64,000 bases of DNA, taken from assembly GCF_011386835.1 (NCBI RefSeq), contig NC_088812.1, positions 13,268,001-13,332,000 on the forward strand, given 5' to 3'. Positions 25,148-36,417 of the stretch are shown in pieces (within the stretch, counting starts at the first letter, position 1; each line of letters opens with the position of its first letter). The stretch comes from Chrysemys picta bellii. Taxonomy: Eukaryota. The notes under the pieces were generated by a model, which saw only the letters and a list, made by a program, of their open reading frames with translations, was not told the DNA's origin and made no database searches. The position numbers and the translations under genes were made by a program.

Positions 25148-26048
25148 GTTACTAACGTTTCCAAGGAGAGGGGCCCACCACTAGGTGGTCTGAAAAAGCT
25201 GCAAGCAATCTCTTTACCTGGCCGTCTCTGCCTGAGCTAGCAGCCCCCAGGTGTGGGATTTTGGAGACCCAGGATGCTACCGAGTCATCTGTCTGCCCAG
25301 CATTTGGAAAATCCTCTCTGCATCTGGCGTCTGCTTCACATAAAAGAACAGGGGCTGTTTCCCTCAGAGAGGAGACGGACACAAAGGGACAGGATATCAC
25401 TTAGATTAGAAAATCTTTGAGGACGGACAATAGTTTTGTTGTGTGTTTGTACAGCCCCTAGCGCAACGGGGTGCTGGTCCACGAATGAGGCTACCGGGCA
25501 CCACAAATAACGACTGCTAAGGAGAATAACAGATCTAGAAAATAGCAAATGGGCAAGAGACGGTTGATCCAGGGTTCCCCTTGCTCAGTCTCTTCCCCCG
25601 AGATCAAGGTATTTCAATGGGTGATAAGAATCCCTAGAGTCAATGTAAAAATAAGCAAGATTTTAGGCAATAAACCCTGATGCTCCAGGGCACAAACTGA
25701 GCTCTAACTACAGGGGTCAGGAGGAAACTAGCCGAAGGCACAGGTTATCCTACAACTGCCTCTTGCAAGGTTCCTTGCACTTGTCTCTAAACCAGGTGGT
25801 CCTGGCTACTGATGGAGATGGGGCACTGGGTTAAATCCGGTTTGGCAGTGCCCTTGTCCCTAAAGCCTGCAGGCAGGTTGGTCATTCCTCCAGGATTAAG
25901 TGGCAGTGAAGAGTTTTAAGTGATAGCAGCCACTTGTGATGATTCGGGGGTCTCTGAATGCAAGTGCTCTGCCTTCCCCAGGGAAAAAGAGGTGATCGTC
26001 TCAGCCTCCTAATTCTGCTAAACCAGCAGGCGAAAAGGTCACCACGGG

Positions 26049-27106
26049 TGTGCCATGATGAGTGTAATATAATCTCTCATGGAAAGGTGACAGGGCCAGA
26101 AAGAGTTAATTACCTCACAGACTGACCTGACTCATGGCCCAACTTTAGAGACTGGCTAGGAAGATCCGTAAATGAACAGAGCTTTGAAATGCAGCCGGCA
26201 GTGTTAGAGGTGGAAGGGGAGATGTTTGCTCAGGGCTTGTGATGGAAGCAAACAAGGCTTGTCTATTGCTATAGCTTTGATTCAAAGATCAAAAAAAGGA
26301 GTATTAAAATTAGGAAGATTCTTGAGTGAAATAGTATTATTGTCTCTCTGTCTCTTTGAAGGTTGTGGTAACCTGTATCTGAACTGATTAATGGATACCC
26401 TGTGCTAATTGCCATGATGTTTAGGAGAAGGAAAGTTAAGTCTATTGTTTTCTCAGGCCAAAAGGCTGCTGGAAATGTATAAAAACCCTGGGTCCTTCTT
26501 CATCTCAGATCTGCTTTGGGTTTCAAGAGGGGGAAACCTTAAGCCACAAGGATTGAGATCCCCAGTCACTGACTGGAGTCACCCTGAATATGGACATTGG
26601 ACTATAACCCATGGACTATTTCTAAAAGGACTTTTGGTAACTACAAGCTCATCTCTGCTGTGTATCTGAAGCTCAAGAATTGAACTCAAGTCTGTCTGTA
26701 TATTGATCTTTTAACCAACACTCTCTCTCTTTTCTTTTTTAATCAATTTTAGTTTAGTTAACAAGAACTGAAGCGTATATTTTGGGTAAGATTTAAGTTA
26801 TAATTGGACCTGGGTGTGTGGCTGGTCCTTTGGGATTGGAAGAACCTTTTTTTTTTATATGATGAGATCAGATTTTCAGAATTTATCATCATATGTGACG
26901 TGTGTCTGGCTGGAGGCCTGAGACTGGGCACTTTAAGGGAACTGCGTTGTCTGGACTCTGAGTAACCAGTGCGATACTAGAGAAGCTGGTTGGTAAATCT
27001 AAGCACTGGAAGATCCACCAGCGTTTGGGGTTTGTCTGCCCCGTTCTGTTTGCAGTTCACCGTAATTGAGTTACCTCAGCTGGCTCCCACGGGCAGTACC
27101 GTCACA
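26049..27106. mobile_element. Solo LTR (about 1.06 kb; Gypsy or ERV class unresolved)
   Basis: TGTG...CACA termini flanked by a perfect 5-bp TSD ACGGG (26044-26048 and 27107-27111); AT-rich island in GC-rich DNA. Confidence 0.75.
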
Positions 27107-29242
27107 ACGGGCATGAACGATGACAATGATTCTTTGGATCATAGCAGCCCCTCGAGGCCTCAGCCAAGTTTGGGGCCCCGGCTTGCTAGGACGAGCACAA
27201 ATACATACTAAGGGGCAGTCCCTGCCCTGGAGAATTGACGGTCTAAATCGGGAATGACAGCCCCCATTGTCCAAACGGAGAATTGAGGCAAAGGCTGGCG
27301 AATCGGGGCTGGGATCTGATTCACACTCACTGGGGGAAACACGGAGCAATTCAGTGGGGTTCTGACCCCAAAACATGGGGCATTTGGGCTGCACTTTGCT
27401 TTCAAAGCTCGCACCAGGGCTCGCAGATAGCAACTAGCCCAGATCCCCGGAAGCTGGAAGCACCTCACCTGGCACGGCTTAGACTCAGCTAGAGCGGGGG
27501 TCTATTGAGCTTGGGGGGGGGAGGGGCTGATCTCACTGTCTCCAGGGGGGCCGTGAGCCCTGCCTAGAGCTAAGAGGAAGGTTGGAAGGTGCCAAGCCTG
27601 GGGCAAGAAACCTGCATTGAGCCTGGATCCCGACCTGGATCTACCCGTCAGCTTCCCCCACTCTCCAGGAGTCACCCAGCATTTCCGGGCTCCATTGGTG
27701 CTGCTGTTGGGGAGTCCATCAGTCCAGCCCGTCCCTGGCCTGGGGTCCCCGCTTCCCTGCTGAGCTGTGGAAGTCTAGAGATGCCGAGGAAGACAATAGA
27801 AGGAAGATCATTAGTGCAAGGCTGGCAGGATCCATCGCGGCCGCTGACGGGGCCAGGAAGCACCATGCACCACGAAGGAAACTGAGACACGGTCAGGCGC
27901 CTCTGGCCACTCGACAGTGCCGGAGGATGATGGAGGGGCAGGATGCGGGGGGCAGAGAGGGTGAGCCCTGATGGTCAGGACAGCGTGGAGGCCAAGAGGG
28001 GCTCCGGACGGGGCATGTTCGCTGGGAGTCTCAGGGCGGTGGAAGGGGGTGATGTGATGGAGGTGGGGTCTGGGCTCCCCTGAGGACATGTCGCATGGCC
28101 ACGTTCATGCTCAGCGCCCCGTTAGGCCAGGCCTCCAGGGGGGATGGAGAAGAGGCCAAGGACAGCAATAGCGTTCGGGCAAATCTCACCCGCACTGGCC
28201 CAAGCTGGACGCAGCCTGGATGGGGAAGCCGGACCCTCGGGGAAACGGGACCCAGGGGCGCTTGGTGACTTGGCTGAGATCCCCCCACAAAGCCCCGAAG
28301 CTCCCATCTAGCTCAGGTACTTCCCGGGCCCCTGGTCCTGCAGAATCCAAGCTCCGCGACATATTTCTCCTCACAGGCAGGGCGGGAGGCTTGCCCCAGG
28401 TCTCCCGAGTCCTAGCCGAGCGTTGTGCCCTTCCTCTCCGAACTCAGCCTTTCATCAGCGGAGGTCCCGGGCCTGCACTCGCTCAGACGCCCAACCCCCT
28501 CCCGTCCCAACTGCCTCCATCTTCCAGACGAGCCATGGAGGAAGCAAATGACTTGCCCCGAAGAGCTGGGAACAGAACCCAGGTGTCCGAGTTGCCAGGC
28601 TGGGGCCTAGCCCACGACCACCCTCCCTCCTTTATTCAGCGAAGGCGGCTAACGTTTCCCCTTCACTGAAGCAGGTTGTTCTTTCAGCCTTACCTCGTCT
28701 CCCCACGTCTTCGGCTGGTTTAGTTACCGAGCTTGAAACCGGGCTGTGACGACGGGGGGCTGCCCTCCCCAGCGCGGCTCAGAAACACCGACGGGGACGG
28801 GAAAAGCTTTCGTTCTGCTCCACTTCATGCCCACCGCAGAGTCCTTTGCAGGAGCGTTCTCTACCGACTCCATACGCAGCTCGATGCCAGGTGAGGATCT
28901 GGCCTTGGGAATCTGCACGGAGGCGATGGTTAAAGCCAGAAGGAAGCATTCTGTTCATGGCGCGCACACGCACACACATACACACACAGATTTAGATTAA
29001 AAACATAAATATCGTCTGCGGGAACATCGCCCCGTAACGCTCGTTCTCCGCATTCGGAACGACGACACACAAGGGTCCCGAGACAGAGACATGACGCAGG
29101 CTGCTGCCTAAGGCAGAGAGACACAGTCACCTGCCGGCCGGCCGGCCGGCTGCTCTTTGGCCCAGATCCCAGGCTTCCCTCCCGAGCCCCTCACCTGCAG
29201 GAAACCCCCCTGGAAATTTCAAAGGTCCGCTTACAATTTTAA

Positions 29243-29432
29243 AAGGTTTCAGAGTAGCAGCCGTGTTAGTCTGTATCCGCAAAAAGAAGAACAGGAGGAC
29301 TTGTGGCACCTTAGAGACTAACAAATTTATTAGAGCATAAGCATCCGAAGAAGTGGGCTGTAGTCCACGAAAGCTTATGCTCTAATAAATTTGTTAGTCT
29401 CTAAGGTGCCACAAGTACTCCTGTTCTTCTTT
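29243..29432. mobile_element. Short Penelope pLTR-derived hairpin element
   Basis: About 60-bp inverted arms enclosing a hammerhead-like motif; 12-bp TSD TTACAATTTTAA (29231-29242 and 29433-29444). Confidence 0.85.
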
Positions 29433-29473
29433 TTACAATTTTAAGACCATTTCAAATGCCCTACAGGAGGCTG

Positions 29474-29654
29474 TAAAAAGCGACAAAGAGTCCTGTGGCA
29501 TCTTAGAGACGAACAGACGTATTGGAGCATGAGCTGTCGTGGGTGAATACCCACTGCGTCAGACGCAGGCTCCGATACGTCTGTTAGTCTCTAAGGTGCC
29601 ACAGGGCTCTTTGTCGCTTTTTTACAGATCCAGACTAACACGGCTACCCCTCTG
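29474..29654. mobile_element. Short Penelope pLTR-derived hairpin element (second subfamily)
   Basis: GTGGCA.CTTAGAGAC inverted arms; degenerate 13-bp TSD CTACA(GG/CA)AGGCTG. Confidence 0.78.
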
Positions 29655-30199
29655 CTACACAAGGCTGGCTGTGTCCCCTTCCCAGACTGGCCATCAGCAG
29701 GGGATTGCACTAGATGACCTCCTGAGGTCCCTTCCAACCTGATAGTCCATGATTCTATGATCAGACCCTGAGTCCTGCAAACGTGACGATCAAACTCCCC
29801 CCAGGCCAAGGGCAGGCTTGGTCTGTGCTGAGCAGGGAGGTCGGCAGAGACACTGGGCTATAAAGTGCTGACTGGTGGGGGAAAACGAGGCCACCCTAAT
29901 TAGTGCCCCTTATCAGCCTTTCCCTGTTGCCTTCCGGGAGGCCGTTTATGTAACCCGTGATCCGGCAGGAGCACGGAGAGGACCCAACTCCAATCAGAGC
30001 AGCAGTGTCCGGAGAGGAAACGGCCTTTTCCATTTATCTCCTCCAAACAAAGAGGAAAACTAGACCCCCCAGAGAGGGGGAGCTGAGGGGGGGGGTGCTT
30101 GAGAGCGGTCTCGTGACCCTTCCCCCCCCCCTGCACTGAGCCTGCCGCAGCTGTTACCACGGGATCGGGAAGGGCTTAGGGGTTTTGGGATACGCTTTT

Positions 30200-31010
30200 A
30201 TATGAAGGTCCAGTCTGTGAGGGCTAACAGCTGTTCTAAGCAGGTTATTGGCACGTGGCAGGACGCAAGAGAAGACACACAAAACAATTGATCACCGTCC
30301 TCCTCGTTCGAATAGCCCTGAACAAATGCGAGACTTGCCAGGTCCCTCCTCAGTCTTTTCACAGGACTAAACAGACCCAGTTTTTTAACCTTCCTCATAA
30401 GTCAGGTTTTCTAAACCTCTGATCCCAATACTCTTGCTAAGGCCTCACCAGTGCCAGTTACCTCCGGCGTCTTACGTACGACACTCCTGTTAATACAGCC
30501 CAGAATGATGTTAGCCTTTTAGGCAACTGTATCACATTGCCAGCTCCTATTCAATGTGTGATCTACTCTAACCCCTAGCTTGTTTTCAGCAGTACAACCA
30601 CCTGGCCAGTTATTCCCTAAGTGCAGTGCTTTGCACTCCTCTTTACTGAATTTCACCTTGTCGATTTCAGACAAATGCTCCAGTTTATCGAGGTCATTTT
30701 GAACTCTAATCCTGTCCGCCACCCCTCCTAGCTGCACATTTTACAAGCGTGCTCTCCAGCCATGAAAATATTGAATAGGGCCAGACCCAGGACTGATCCC
30801 ACTAGATATGTCCTCCCAGTTTGATAGCGACCCGTTGATAACTCCTCTCTGAGTACGGTTTTTCAACCGGTTGTGCCCCCACCTCACAGTACTTTCATCT
30901 TGACCACATCTTCCTAGTTAGCTTCTGAGAATTGCATCAAAAGTCTTATTAAAATCACGATCTATCATGTCTACCGCTTCCCCCTGATCCACTAGGCCAG
31001 TAACCCATGG
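30200..31010 (-). mobile_element. Old degenerate CR1 ORF2 fragment
   Basis: Translations VDQGEAVDMIDRDFNKTFD and IQNDLDKLE-like/KFSKEECKALHLG are RT-domain remnants. Confidence 0.7.
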
Positions 31011-32999
31011 GCTGCTAAAACAACATGCGCCCCATTGCATTTGGTAAGAGAATAAAGGCAAAGGGTTCCCGTTTGCAGTCATGGGGCAGGGTCCCTGGGA
31101 TACCTGCTTTCTAAGGTTTGTTTTGTTAGAGGCTTGACTTATAGGGGCCATCACACTTCCCTGTTCCTGCTGGGCCTTCCTTCCGAGCTGATTGTTGATC
31201 ACAATGTCTTCTCTGCTTTTGAGAAGGAGATTTCCAGGAATTGTTTTCCAGCTCATTGCTGAATGCAAAATGTTCTCTCTGAAAATGCCCCCAGCCTCCC
31301 CCGCCAACTGCTGGAGGCGTGCCAGAGCCCCCTTCCCCTTCCCCTCCAAAACTGCAGAGCAAACATGTCTTGTGCAGGAGTTGTATCATGGCCAGGAGGT
31401 GGTTTTGCTGGAGGAACTGGTTTGCATTAAGACTCGGCTGATGGACTAGTTGATCATACGTCGAGTGGGTACCTACCTCCTTGCCAGGTCCACGGGGCTG
31501 TTGGCATTCCTTCTTGCCAAGCGCGGGGAGATCTGGAGACGGACGGAGCTGAAGAAGAACAAAATGTTTCTGATTATTATTTGTATTACATAGCAGCTGA
31601 GAAGGGGGCCTCCTGTTGGCTCCACAACACACAGCGATAGTCCCGCAAACTTTTAACTGGGTAGTTTATTCTCCGCTTTCTGTCCTAAACAGTCACGCGG
31701 CCCAGGCTGCGTTGTGCCCCAAAGAAGGCTCCATTAGCGGTGGAGGAAGCGATCGGAGCTGTAAGGTCTCTGCACCCCCAAGCAAGGCCGCTGATTAGTA
31801 ACATTTTCAAGACCCTTTGGCAGAAAGGGGCTGGGCCAATGTTCCCAGACTGAGTTACTGGGAAGGAGTCGCTCACCAGGGCTGGCCCTGGGGCCGTTCT
31901 GCCAGTTTCTGCAGCCATGTCCCCGTGATTCCCCAGCAGGATTCTGGCGCTACTAAGCTGACTGGCGACCGCCATGTGGGGATGCTGCTTCCCCTCCTCA
32001 TGCGGGGGGCCGATTTGTTTCGGGATACATTAAAGAATGGTCGGGGCAGGGAGGGGCTTAGCTATTACTGTGGGGAAGGACTAGACAGACCCAGATTCCT
32101 TTATTCCAGCCATGGATCAAACTCTAGCTGGGCCCCTATAGACACAATGCTATAGGCCCTCCTATCCCCACTCCCACTTGGTGTGGCAGTGATCGGGGTT
32201 CCTTCCTCCCAACACAGAGAGGCATGGGACTGCCTTCTCCCTCCCCAGGTGTAGCCTTGGCACACCCCCCATCTCTGGCCCAGAGAAGTGGGTCTTAGAA
32301 GTAACACCCCCCTGAGCTACATGGGGTAGACCCTGCCTCTCAGCGCTACTGTCGCAAGCTCTCTGCACACTCAGGCAATGGTTACTGTCAGGTGACAGCA
32401 CTGAGATTTTCATTGCAACCGAGAAACGATTTAAAAAACAAAAAGAAAGCGGAGGTTCTGACATCATCCCACGACTCCAGGAGCTAGTGGGGGGGCCTTA
32501 GGCAAGGGTCAATAACAGCTCTGCCATAACCTGTCTTGATTCACTGGCACAGATTAACCCAGAGCCAGGAAGGCCACTTTCCTCCCTGCCTGCACATGGC
32601 TAAGCCGCTGCGAGCCCTGCTGCAATCTAAGTAAGAATCAGGTGGGCTCCGGCTCAGCAAACAGGACAGGCAACAGCTGGTTGGGGGTCTGAGTGGGGCA
32701 GGCCGTGGATTTTGGGGCCTCGCTCTGTGAGGAAAAGGAAATTAACCTGGAAAAGATGCGCCCACTGGCGGCCTACCCCACTCTCACGTCCTATCTGACC
32801 CGTCCCCAAAATCTTCCTCCCCTCCCGCCCCCCAGCTCTGCAGTGAAACCAAACCCATCTTCGTTCCAGACCCCAGGGATTAGGAATCACGTCCGATGTG
32901 GCCTTGCGCTGGGCTGTTTTCAGGATATCAGGAGATGATGTACATTTCCTGTAGGGAAGAGAGCTCCGAGGGGTGGGGGTATGTGTGTGGAAGAAGCCA

Positions 33000-33128
33000 G
33001 CGAGCCCACCCTGAGCTCACTCTGGGAACGACGGTCCCGACAGCATAGATCCGCCTGAGCCACAGAGCTGGGGGCACCAGCTGCTCCTTCGCCACCCACC
33101 CGGGCACACCTTCAGCCTTCCACTGCAG
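33000..33128 (+). other. Candidate non-coding first exon of GPR182
   Basis: CAG|GTGAGC donor at 33129, upstream of the 36767 acceptor; human GPR182 has a non-coding first exon. The 5' limit is arbitrary. Confidence 0.3.
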
Positions 33129-33442
33129 GTGAGCATGTACCTGTTACTTTCCACCTGTCTCTCGCCTCCCCCCCCACCCCCCGTATTCAAAGCGCCAGGC
33201 TTTCCAGTAACAACCGCCCTGCGCCCAAAGGAGGGTTGCACATCAAACCACCTCTGTTAATGGGATTCGATTTCCGCAGGCATGAGTCCCCCCCAAATAT
33301 CTTTCTTTTCCTTTCTCCAAACTTTCTGAAAAGAGCAACCAAGCCCCGTCCTCCTCCTCAGTTTGCAGCTGACTACCAAGTTGCCAAGCATTCCTCTGGG
33401 TTGCAAAAACAACGAGGAGTCCTTGTGGCACCTTAGAGGCTA

Positions 33443-33482
33443 ACATAAGCTTTCGTGGGCTAGAGCCCACTTCATCAGATGC
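33443..33482 (-). ncRNA. Minimal type-I hammerhead ribozyme motif, intact core
   Basis: Minus-strand RNA: GCAU-CUGAUGA-A-GUGGGC UCUA GCCCAC-GAAA-GC-UU-AUGU; stem I GCAU/AUGU; 6-bp stem II; palindromic AGCU stem III. Confidence 0.75.
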
Positions 33483-33954
33483 ATGAAGTGAAACATACAG
33501 GGACAGGTATAAATACATGAAAGGCTGGGGGTTGCTTTACCAAGTGTGAGGTCAAGTTTACGAGATAAATCAATGAACAGCAGGATACCAACGGAGGAAA
33601 AATAACTTTTGAAGGGGTAAGAGCGTGGCCCATTACAGACAGTTGACAAGAAGGTGTGAGGAATAGTAGGGAGAAATTAATAATGGGGAAATTAAGTGTA
33701 GGTTTTGTAATCACCCAACCACTCCCAGGCTTTATTCAGGCCTAACCTGATGGTATCTAGTTGGCAAATTAATTCCAGTTCTGCAGTTTCACGTTGGAAT
33801 CTGCCCTTGAAGTTTTTGTTATTGAAGAATTGCCCCTTTTAGGTCTGTTATTGAGTGAGCAGAGAGACTGAAGTGCTCCCCTTCACTGACTGACCTCAGC
33901 CTTGGTAAAGGCTGCTCCTGTATTTTTCACTTCATGCATCTGATGAATTGAGCC

Positions 33955-34078
33955 TACGGTGACCAGACAGCAACTGTGAAAAAACGGGGCAGGGGGTGGG
34001 GGTAATAGGCACCTATATAAGAAAAAGTCCCAAAAAACAGGACTGTCCCTTTAAAAACCGGGACATCTGGTCACCCTA
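33955..34078. mobile_element. hAT-like MITE nested in a Penelope pLTR
   Basis: TIRs TA(C)GGTGACCAGA and TCTGGTCACCCTA; degenerate 8-bp TSD (ATTGAGCC versus AGTGGGCT). Confidence 0.75.
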
Positions 34079-35295
34079 AGTGGGCTTAAGCCTACGAAAG
34101 CTTATGCCCAAATAAAGTTGTTAGTCTCTAAGGTGCCACAAGGACTCCTCGTTGTTTTTGCTGATATAGACTAACACGGCTGCCACGCTGAAACTCTGGG
34201 TTGCCTGCGGCTTCCCCCCGCTGCCTGAATTCCTGAGCGCACGGTGAGAAGGGCACTATAAATACCTAGCTAGACTAGCATGTTCTGTAAGCTTTACCCG
34301 GAGAACCTCTCCCCTTGCGTGTTCTTCCAACGGCATCACCTGAGACCTGGGTCACGCCGGGTGTGGACCCAGCCGCTCTGGGATTTGGACAAGTCGGCAG
34401 TTCTGGAGGTAGTGTGACGTGACGGTCAATTGCTTCTCTCTGCTTATAAACGACTTGCTTACAAAATCAGATATAAAAATACGAGTGTCACGGCCACACT
34501 ATTACTGAAAAATGGCTCATTTTTACCGTATAATTAGAAAATAAATCCACTGGGATATGAACATTGTCCTGACATTTCAGTGTCTAGTGTACAGATCAGT
34601 CTAAGCAAGTCATTGTCTGTAGGAAATTGTAGTTTGTCCTGACTTCGCTGGGGCTTTTTCTGTAGCCTGTGGTAAAACTAGGCAAATCTCTAGATGAGGT
34701 GATGTACCCCCTGGAAGACTCTGCGTACCCCTGGTTGACAGCACTGAGATTGGCTACGGGTTTGGGCTAATATTAGTGGAAATCATTTCCCTGCATATGC
34801 TGCGGGGTTTCCATTGGGTGGAGGGCATGTTTGCCTGGGAAGGAGACCTGAGAATGGAGTAAGTAATAAGAACAGCACCGAGCTCTTACATAGCACTTGT
34901 CCTCAGTTGCTCTCAACGCAGACAAATATTTACAGAGCTCCCCGCTGACTGAACCAGACTCAGAGGCTGGGGACAGCACCTCCGTGTGAATTCACAACGA
35001 GGATGCTCCCACGGTTTCAGTTTAGACTCGGGAACAAACGCTGGGGCTGCAGATGATCGTGTTCACGCCGCGTTCCTCCCCACACGGTGCCTCTGCCCAC
35101 CCAGTTCACTGGCTGCGGATTTCGACTCCCTTAGACCTAGCTGCGGTGCTGAAGCGAGGAACTTGCTCTGAGCAGGGAGCAGTTTTCCAACTGTGGTTGG
35201 CTCGTGCTGACTTCGTCTCTTCGCCGGGATCGGTTTCAAATCTGAGGCTGGCAAAGTCCCGTCTCATTTTTGCAAAGCGACAATTGCTGGCATGT

Positions 35296-35497
35296 ATCAG
35301 AGGGGTAGCCGTGTTAGTCTGAATCTGTAAAAAGCAACAGAGGGTCCTGTGGCACCTTTAAGACTAACAGAAGTATTGGGAGCATAAGCTTTCGTGGGTA
35401 AGAACCTCACTTCTTCAGATGCAAGAAGTGAGGTTCTTACCCACGAAAGCTTATGCTCCCAATACTTCTGTTAGTCTTAAAGGTGCCACAGGACTCT
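35296..35497. mobile_element. Short Penelope pLTR-derived hairpin element
   Basis: 75-bp inverted arms (35341-35415 and 35423-35497) with a 7-nt loop; 15-bp TSD CAATTGCTGGCA(T/C)GT. Confidence 0.88.
35382..35422 (-). ncRNA. Minimal type-I hammerhead ribozyme motif, intact core
   Basis: Minus-strand RNA: GCAU-CUGAAGA-A-GUGAGGUUCUUACCCAC-GAAA-GC-UU-AUGC; perfect 4-bp stem I; predicted cleavage after CUU. Confidence 0.72.
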
Positions 35498-36131
35498 CAA
35501 TTGCTGGCACGTTAGCCCCAAGAACGACTCGAGTTTGCCGTAGGGGGAGGGTCAGTTTCAGCTCTCTCGGTTTTCACGCTGTCCCAGTTTGCTCAGCGCA
35601 GCAGCTCGGAAGGGTGAGAGATGAAACCCTTTTTTGCAGCATGGACTGTGCGTGAAATGAAGGCTTTTTAAGAGAGCTTGATGCTGGGTTTCTCCCCGGC
35701 TGCAGAGAAGCAGTAGCAACAGTGGGTGAGGCAGAGGGAAACACGAGGTCGGAAAATTGTCACCCAGTTTCCAGCAGCAGCATCTCCACATTTAAGCGAG
35801 ACTCAGAACCCAGCAGCCGCCACTGTGACACGGATGACTGGAGAGTCAAGTGCTCTGAACCCAAATGCCGAGGTCCTCTGTACGTCTGGCCACTCGTTTA
35901 GACGCCGAAATGGGAGACGTGCTCCTTTGAGAACCTCACCCTGTCACGTGTTAGTCTGTATCCGCAAAAAGAACAGGAGTGCTTGCGGCACCTTAGAGAC
36001 GAACACCAGATTTTGTCCCCGGGAAGGTACCTAGACACAGTCACTTCTGGATCTTCTCTTTGATAAAGTAAACGGAATTTGCTGAGCTCGCTTGAAAATC
36101 TGTCCACGAGTGATTTGCTCAAAGTCTCATA

Positions 36132-36417
36132 GGGTACATCTACCCTGCAAGTCTCAGACCCTGGGGTCAACTGACTCGGGCTTCTGGGGCTTGAGCTGTG
36201 GGGCTAAAAATAGCAACGTAGACGTTTGTGCTCCGGCTGACGCTGGGGCTGCGAGACCCATCCCCTCATGGGGTTTCAGAGCCCGGGCTCCAACCCCAGC
36301 CCCAGGGCCTCCACTGAAATGTTTAGCCCCACATCCTGAGCCCCACAAGCCTGAGTCAGTTGACCCAGGCCAGCCGCGGTTGTGCAGTGGGTCATTTATT
36401 GCCGTGTAGATGTATCA
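36132..36417. mobile_element. PIF/Harbinger-like MITE
   Basis: GGGTACATCTAC...GTAGATGTATCA termini with a 3-bp ATA duplication; superfamily assignment inferred from TIR and TSD length. Confidence 0.5.

Larger units (their letters stand above)
33405..34193 (-). mobile_element. Penelope-like element with inverted pLTRs
   Basis: Body 33720-33880 is similar to 24860-25020; inverted terminal copies of the pLTR; 11-bp TSD CTCTGGGTTGC (33394-33404 and 34194-34204). Confidence 0.82.

Noticed and set aside
21517-36010. Repeated GTGGCACCTTAGAGAC motifs as a CRISPR-like array
   Set aside because: They are dispersed, inverted, irregularly spaced and TSD-flanked in a vertebrate genome, and are explained by Penelope pLTRs.
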